Of a stretch of 64,000 bases of DNA, positions 58,738 to 64,000 are shown piece by piece. Position numbers and translations under genes: made by a program. Origin of the DNA: Pseudomonadota bacterium. GTDB taxonomy: Bacteria; Bdellovibrionota; Bdellovibrionia; Bdellovibrionales; Bdellovibrionaceae. The notes under the pieces were generated by a model. The model was not told the DNA's origin and searched no databases. It worked only from the letters and a program-made list of their open reading frames with translations. Position 1 is the stretch's first letter. Each line of letters starts with the position of its first letter. Location: positions 96,001 to 160,000 of the forward strand of contig JBEGVH010000010.1 in NCBI GenBank assembly GCA_041178425.1. The letters are read 5' to 3'.

Positions 58738-60312
58738 ATGAGTTTAGTTTGTATCATCGAGCGAGAGCCATTTATCACAAGGCAAATCCAAACAGCGCTA
58801 ATCGAAATCGATAGCAAGCTGACCGTCGTCGCTTTCAAAGATCTTGATGGGTTTTATAAATGGTTTGCGGCTGAACTCCGAAGGATTAATAGAGAGCCTG
58901 AAACTCCGAAAGAAGATTTAAAGCTTTTAATTGGCGATCTGCAATTTTTAGGGCCTCGCTATTTCACCCTCATCGAAAAACTAAGAAAACTCATGGCCCG
59001 AAGAGGCTTTATTTCTCGCGAAGACGATCTCGCGGTCATTCTCACTGCTTTCGAAGCACCTAACTTGAACTATAAGCAAATTGAGAGTCGAATTATAAAT
59101 AATCTGATTTTTAAACCTTTCGACCTTCCAATTCTAAAGCAGCACTTACAAGTCGCATTAGCACAGCAACAAGCCATCAAAGACTACATGATTTTTAATC
59201 AAAAACTCAAAACGACAGCTGAAATGCTCAAAGAGGTTCAATTAGAATCGTTTTCCGAAATGGGTTTTACTACTCGAAGCAATCGTGAACTGCCCCTCAA
59301 TGCTGTTTCTAAATACTACTTTCAGCACTTCGAAAACGGAGCGAAAACGAGCGTATTAGCACGCTGCCTTTCCTGCATTCCCCACCCAACGGTACCTGAT
59401 GAGTACCAGGCGGAATTTAGATATCTAGGTCTCAATAACGGACAAGTAAAGAAGCTTCGTCAATCTCTCTTTAAAGCAGATTTAGAAGACAAAGATAAAA
59501 CGAAAGTCAGCAAGGTCGCTTTTCCGAAAGCAAAAAAACCAGCACCACCGGCCATCAATTTTCTAATGTTCTTAACATCAGAAACTGACCACTGCCTTGA
59601 GATCAAAGATAACGTTGAAAGTAATCTTTTTGGCATTGGAATCACTCTGAATCGCTCAATGGCGAAATTCATGGAGGCCTTGGCTAAAAACGACCTTACC
59701 GTACTAGGAGCTAAGCCCATTCATGTTGTTTTGTTGGACATTGCTTACTTTAATCCCACAAAGGGAGTTGATACATGGAGAAAAATACAGGGCCAAATTG
59801 AGGAATTTAACAAACGACTATTTGTAAAAGATCCTAAGCCCCGATTTTTCTTATTGAGCTCTCAAGAAATCCCTGATGTACACCTTAGAAACTGGGCTAG
59901 TTTATTTGAAGATGTACTCCTACTGCCAATCGATAGACCTTATCTGAATAAGCGCCTCCTGACTCTCTTTTCAGAGGCTCAACCCAAGAGAGAAAGTCTA
60001 GAGTTGCTTGGTTGTACGACCGATGAAGTATTTAGAGTAGCAAACCCAATAGAACTTGTTACTATTTCAGAAGCTTGCCTGACCATGAAGTATTATCGAC
60101 CTATTTCATTTCACTCGTTTAGACGCTTCTTTCTACCCTCGGCTCAGGCAGGTGATCTCAATGAACTTTTAGGGTCTTGCTACTTTGTTGAAAAAAAAGA
60201 CAATTTCTACATTAACTACTTTGTCTTTTTTGGGATTACTGATAGGTACCTCAAGTATATTCGCAAATGGATCTTAGAGAATTATATTGCCTCTAAGGAA
60301 GGTGCTGCCTAA
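58738..60312 (+). CDS. Hypothetical protein with tandem pseudo-receiver and PilZ-like modules
   Basis: REC-like ends (LIFKPFD, LLLPID), each followed by a beta-rich segment (ESFSEMGF; VTISEACL). Confidence 0.55.
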   Translation: MSLVCIIEREPFITRQIQTALIEIDSKLTVVAFKDLDGFYKWFAAELRRINREPETPKEDLKLLIGDLQFLGPRYFTLIEKLRKLMARRGFISREDDLAVILTAFEAPNLNYKQIESRIINNLIFKPFDLPILKQHLQVALAQQQAIKDYMIFNQKLKTTAEMLKEVQLESFSEMGFTTRSNRELPLNAVSKYYFQHFENGAKTSVLARCLSCIPHPTVPDEYQAEFRYLGLNNGQVKKLRQSLFKADLEDKDKTKVSKVAFPKAKKPAPPAINFLMFLTSETDHCLEIKDNVESNLFGIGITLNRSMAKFMEALAKNDLTVLGAKPIHVVLLDIAYFNPTKGVDTWRKIQGQIEEFNKRLFVKDPKPRFFLLSSQEIPDVHLRNWASLFEDVLLLPIDRPYLNKRLLTLFSEAQPKRESLELLGCTTDEVFRVANPIELVTISEACLTMKYYRPISFHSFRRFFLPSAQAGDLNELLGSCYFVEKKDNFYINYFVFFGITDRYLKYIRKWILENYIASKEGAA

Positions 60313-60335
60313 TTGATTGAACCAGGGTCATCATT

Positions 60336-61322
60336 TTGAGTGAAAAGAATTTTTCTAAAAATTTTGAAATAGAGAAAGCCGTCGAGGAACTAAAAAAAGG
60401 ATCTGTCGTTGCTATCCCTACCGAAACGGTCTACGGGCTTGCGGCCAAAATTTCAGATCTTGAAGCTATTCGAAAAATTTTCGCAACAAAAAACAGACCC
60501 TTTTTTGATCCTCTCATTGTTCATGTAGCCTCCATCGACCAGGCCAAATCTCTTGTTAAAGATTGGCCAAAGAGCGCACAAATTTTAGCAGAAGCATTTT
60601 GGCCAGGACCGCTCACTCTTGTGCTTCCCAAAGGTGATCTCATTAGCGATTTAATTACTTCTGGGCTCGAGACGGTCGCCGTCAGGCTGCCCAAACATCC
60701 CATGGCTCGAATGATCATTGAACGTCTCGGTGAACCTGTAGCTGCCCCGAGTGCAAATAAGTTTGGCCGAACGAGTCCCTCTCAGGCCCAGCACGTGCGC
60801 GATGAGTTCCAGAATGAGGTTCTCATTGTAGACGGAGGACCATGCGAAGTTGGAATTGAATCATCTATTCTAAAAGTTGTCGAGACGCCTAAAAAGACTG
60901 AACTCACTCTTCTAAGATCAGGCTCAATTTTGCCGGAACAAATTCTCAGTTCATTACAAATTCTCGGTAAAGAACTGATTTTTAATAAACCTGGAACGAA
61001 TATCGAAGCTCCTGGCCAGATCAAGCATCACTATATGCCCGGCATTCCCGTTATTTTTATTGAAGAGGAGACTTGGACCTCCCTCGGTACCATAGAGAAA
61101 ATCAATCACACTCTTGGAACTCAATTCAAACACCCCTGCCTATTACACTTGAGCAGCGCCCCCGATCAGGCAGCCCGCGAACTTTATGGTCAATTGAGGG
61201 CCTGTAGCCAGCCTCCGCACGACGTCATTCTTTTTGTACGAAAGAAATCCTATCAAGGAGAATATTGGGCGGCCCTTCTTGACCGTATGAATCGGGCCTC
61301 AACATACCATCTTTTGAATTAA
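60336..61322 (+). CDS. sua5: L-threonylcarbamoyladenylate synthase, Sua5 type
   Basis: PTETVYGL, KNRP..DPLIVH, FWPGPLT, AAPSAN, APGQIKHHY. Confidence 0.95.
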   Translation: MSEKNFSKNFEIEKAVEELKKGSVVAIPTETVYGLAAKISDLEAIRKIFATKNRPFFDPLIVHVASIDQAKSLVKDWPKSAQILAEAFWPGPLTLVLPKGDLISDLITSGLETVAVRLPKHPMARMIIERLGEPVAAPSANKFGRTSPSQAQHVRDEFQNEVLIVDGGPCEVGIESSILKVVETPKKTELTLLRSGSILPEQILSSLQILGKELIFNKPGTNIEAPGQIKHHYMPGIPVIFIEEETWTSLGTIEKINHTLGTQFKHPCLLHLSSAPDQAARELYGQLRACSQPPHDVILFVRKKSYQGEYWAALLDRMNRASTYHLLN

Positions 61323-61363
61323 GATTTGCCGAATTCAAAGGGAATAGCTAAGGTATTTCACCT

Positions 61364-62161
61364 ATGCTTTTAATGAGACTTTTTCGCGTTCTACACCTTG
61401 GTTCAATCGTAGCCCTCTTTTTATTGAAGGCTCTATTTATTCATTTATTTACAACTGACTCTCATCGTCGCCGCAAAAAATTTGCGATGAATGTTTCGCA
61501 GTCTTGTCAAAAAGCCCTGAAGTCACTCAATATTGACCTTGAGGTTACGAGCCCCCCCAATAATCACGGGCGCTATCTCATCGTTTGCAACCATCTCGGC
61601 TATTTGGATATCTTTGCTCTCGCGGCTTCTGTTCCGGCTCTTTTCGTCACATCTGTTGAAATGAAAGAGACCCCATTTTTAGGGCTTTTAACAGAAATGG
61701 CCGGCTGTATGTACGTTGAGCGTCGTAGTCGCATGAATATACACAATGAAATAAAAGAAATAGAAGAAGCCTTAAACGACGGATTCAATGTTATTCTTTT
61801 TCCGGAAGGCAAGTCTACGGATGGAGAAAAAGTTCTCCCTTTTAAAAAATCTCTCCTCATGGCCTGCGCAGGAAGCGACGCCAATATCATGCCCGCAGTC
61901 GTTAATTTTAAAATGATCAATGGCGAGCCCATGCAGCACAAATTTAGAGACTGGGTTTGTTGGTATGGCACCATGCCATTCATAACATCGATTTGGAATG
62001 CCTCGAAAATTTCACAAAGCCTTCTACGACTCGACTTTCTCGGAGAAGTTGTGGTTAACGGAGACTCCGATCACAGAGACGTTGCCCAACGGGCACAAAG
62101 CCAAGTGGAATCCAACTATATTGGGGTGCCCTACCCACCTGGAACAGGAAAGACTTACTAA
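61364..62161 (+). CDS. Lysolipid acyltransferase (PlsC/OlsA family)
   Basis: CNHLGYLD, LFPEGKSTDG, PFKKSL. Confidence 0.88.
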   Translation: MLLMRLFRVLHLGSIVALFLLKALFIHLFTTDSHRRRKKFAMNVSQSCQKALKSLNIDLEVTSPPNNHGRYLIVCNHLGYLDIFALAASVPALFVTSVEMKETPFLGLLTEMAGCMYVERRSRMNIHNEIKEIEEALNDGFNVILFPEGKSTDGEKVLPFKKSLLMACAGSDANIMPAVVNFKMINGEPMQHKFRDWVCWYGTMPFITSIWNASKISQSLLRLDFLGEVVVNGDSDHRDVAQRAQSQVESNYIGVPYPPGTGKTY

Positions 62162-62182
62162 TTCTTACGATTTGCGACTCAT

Positions 62183-62548
62183 TCAATGAATGTACACATT
62201 CGATTTGGCCGATAGTATCTGAGCCAATCGATCTTTTTGACTGATTACCGAGTCTTGAATAGAGACTAGCTTTTTAAATAGTTTATTCTTTGCCTCCAAA
62301 ATGGCTTCGTAAATATTCTCTGAGGTTCCCTCTTCTTCTAGACTCACTCCGTTTTCCTTAATAGAAATTGAAATAGTATGTTTTGAGGGGTCATTGACAT
62401 ACCCAAAATCATCTTGGTTTTTTGAAATCACCGATATGAGGCTCGATTCTGTTAAAAAGGGTTCAAAATCCGCTATCTGCTGATAGATAAAAGACTTTAC
62501 TTCAGGGGATTCCTCGATTGGAACCGCATTGCTTTTTTTTCTATCCAT
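62183..62548 (-). CDS. HPF/RaiA-like fold protein
   Basis: SPEVKSFIYQQI...SENIYEAILEAKNKLFKKL resembles the HPF helix; SD AAGGAGG. Confidence 0.55.
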   Translation of the reverse strand: MDRKKSNAVPIEESPEVKSFIYQQIADFEPFLTESSLISVISKNQDDFGYVNDPSKHTISISIKENGVSLEEEGTSENIYEAILEAKNKLFKKLVSIQDSVISQKDRLAQILSAKSNVYIH

Positions 62549-62791
62549 TCTGAACCTCCTTTTTACAGCACGGGCAAATCAGGATGACCGCCTTCTTTTT
62601 CTAGTATAACTCTGGTGGCTCATCGATTGCTGTCAAGTTTGCCCAAACGAATATAATCCTGCTGATGACCATTTTTCTTAGGCTCGTTTTAAATTGATAC
62701 AAGGACCCATTCCCGAGGTCGACGCAAAATGGGTCGCACTATGGGCAACCAAGACTTGCTGATTGCCTCTGCATCAGCTAAGAAGTGATAC

Positions 62792-64000
62792 ATGACACCC
62801 TCACAAATCCGAACCCTTCAGAGTTATAAGAAACTTTTACTTTTCCTCGATGTCATTGGCTTAACCTTTATTTTTTCTTTAGCTTTTACAGTACGGATGC
62901 AATTGGATTTCGAAGCCGCAGTAAGGCAACCCTTATTGATAGTTATTTTAATTGTCGACGTTGCGAGCCTCTATGTCCTTGGCGCCTACGACATAAATAC
63001 AGAGCATAGTTTTTTTGAATTAAGTATCCGAGTTCTACTTGCAGGAATTTTTGGATTCGGGTTCCTTGTTGGATTTATTTATCTCTCCAGACTAGAAATT
63101 GCAGGACTTTTCGGACGAGGAGTATTTTTAACATCTTTCATTGCCAACTTATTTTATGCTGCATTCTTGAGAGTTCTATTTAGCACTCGTCTTCGATATT
63201 TAAAAACATCTCGATGGCGATGGTTGGCTTTTGGGGACTTACCAATTCTAGAGCGCCTCACTCAGGATGCCAGAAAAAATACGGCACTTGGACAATTGGA
63301 AACTCTTATTGTTGAAGAATCGGATGATTTTAAAGTTATGCAAAGCCGACTCGTTCAGCCATGGGAAGGTATTATAATAGCGACCAACCTCTCGCTACCA
63401 GAAGAGATTTCCAATACGCTCCTCCACAAGAGACTCAATGGCCTACAAGTCGCCAATCTAACGCAAATCTATGAACACTTCTGGGGTAAGCTTCCTGTGC
63501 ACTTCATTGAAAATAAGTGGCTTCTAACTACCGAGGGATTCAGCATTACCCACAATCCCATTGGACTTAGAATTAAACGATTAATGGATATTGGGTTATC
63601 AATTCTTTTACTGCTTATTACCTGGCCTATACTCGTCCTAACAATGGTGGCCATCAAACTAGAGAGCAGGGGACCTATTTTTTTTAGACAAACGCGAACG
63701 GGAAAAGATGGTAAGGACTTTTCAATTGTTAAGTTTCGGTCAATGACTACTGATGCTGAAAAAAATGGAGCACAATGGGCCCAAAAAAATGATACGCGCG
63801 TCACTCGTGTTGGCAAGTGGATCCGACTGACTCGGATTGATGAACTCCCCCAAATTATCAACGTCCTTAAGGGGGAAATGAGTTTCATTGGTCCGCGGCC
63901 CGAACGCCCAGAATTCAATGAAACATTGGAGCAGAAGATTCCCTATTACCAATTAAGACATTTACTGCGTCCAGGGATCACCGGTTGGGCCCAGGTTATG
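62792..64000 (+). CDS. Polyprenyl glycosylphosphotransferase (bacterial sugar transferase), truncated by the window edge
   Basis: Not in the ORF track; open from ATG 62792 with N-terminal TMs, then KRLMDI, KFRSM, DTRVTRVG, RIDELPQ, GEMSFIGPRPERP, PGITGWAQV. Confidence 0.93.
   Translation, partial: MTPSQIRTLQSYKKLLLFLDVIGLTFIFSLAFTVRMQLDFEAAVRQPLLIVILIVDVASLYVLGAYDINTEHSFFELSIRVLLAGIFGFGFLVGFIYLSRLEIAGLFGRGVFLTSFIANLFYAAFLRVLFSTRLRYLKTSRWRWLAFGDLPILERLTQDARKNTALGQLETLIVEESDDFKVMQSRLVQPWEGIIIATNLSLPEEISNTLLHKRLNGLQVANLTQIYEHFWGKLPVHFIENKWLLTTEGFSITHNPIGLRIKRLMDIGLSILLLLITWPILVLTMVAIKLESRGPIFFRQTRTGKDGKDFSIVKFRSMTTDAEKNGAQWAQKNDTRVTRVGKWIRLTRIDELPQIINVLKGEMSFIGPRPERPEFNETLEQKIPYYQLRHLLRPGITGWAQVM

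Noticed and set aside
62603..62636. TTGACA...TATACT on the minus strand upstream of the HPF-like gene
   Set aside because: The 22-nt spacer is too long for a sigma70 promoter
63469..63952. Minus-strand ORFs of 149 and 70 aa
   Set aside because: Antisense to the sugar transferase gene
1..64000. Prophage, IS, integron, CRISPR, tRNA/rRNA, riboswitch (including a T-box before ileS)
   Set aside because: No integrase, transposase or structural genes, no repeat-spacer arrays and no recognisable RNA motifs other than ffs; the ileS promoter abuts its start codon

Overview
This is an ordinary chromosomal window from a low-GC Gram-negative bacterium, most likely Bdellovibrionota. The taxon is inferred from the ffs-dnaX-ybaB-recR-mglA cluster lacking mglB, the MglA Ser21 P-loop, a DUF507 pair next to a Lys-rich groES, and many secreted hypothetical proteins. 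About 60 CDS are present: a partial class A PBP, a pantothenate/CoA operon (DUF2520/PanG-like, panB, panC, coaBC, coaX, panD), ileS-tsaA, an oppABCDF operon, hppD, an isolated mraY-murD pair, amgK-murU, ampG, yajQ, sua5 and a partial polyprenyl glycosylphosphotransferase, plus the SRP RNA. I found no mobile element, CRISPR array, tRNA or rRNA. The best candidate for an undescribed system is 12.7-17.9 kb. There, arginase and an OlsB-type N-acyltransferase are transcribed divergently from an OlsA/PlsC-type acyltransferase and a PHP phosphoesterase, with mirror-image 11-bp-period boxes in the shared promoter and a convergent M14 peptidase plus alpha/beta hydrolase. This would be a self-contained arginine-to-ornithine-lipid module with possible turnover enzymes. 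Other notable signals are a recurrent leaderless-type promoter layout, several sigma54 promoters, a catalytically dead bEBP-like protein, an HNH gene whose conserved N-terminus has no canonical start codon, and a histone-H1-like tail on GroES. All calls come from reading motifs by eye; no searches were run.
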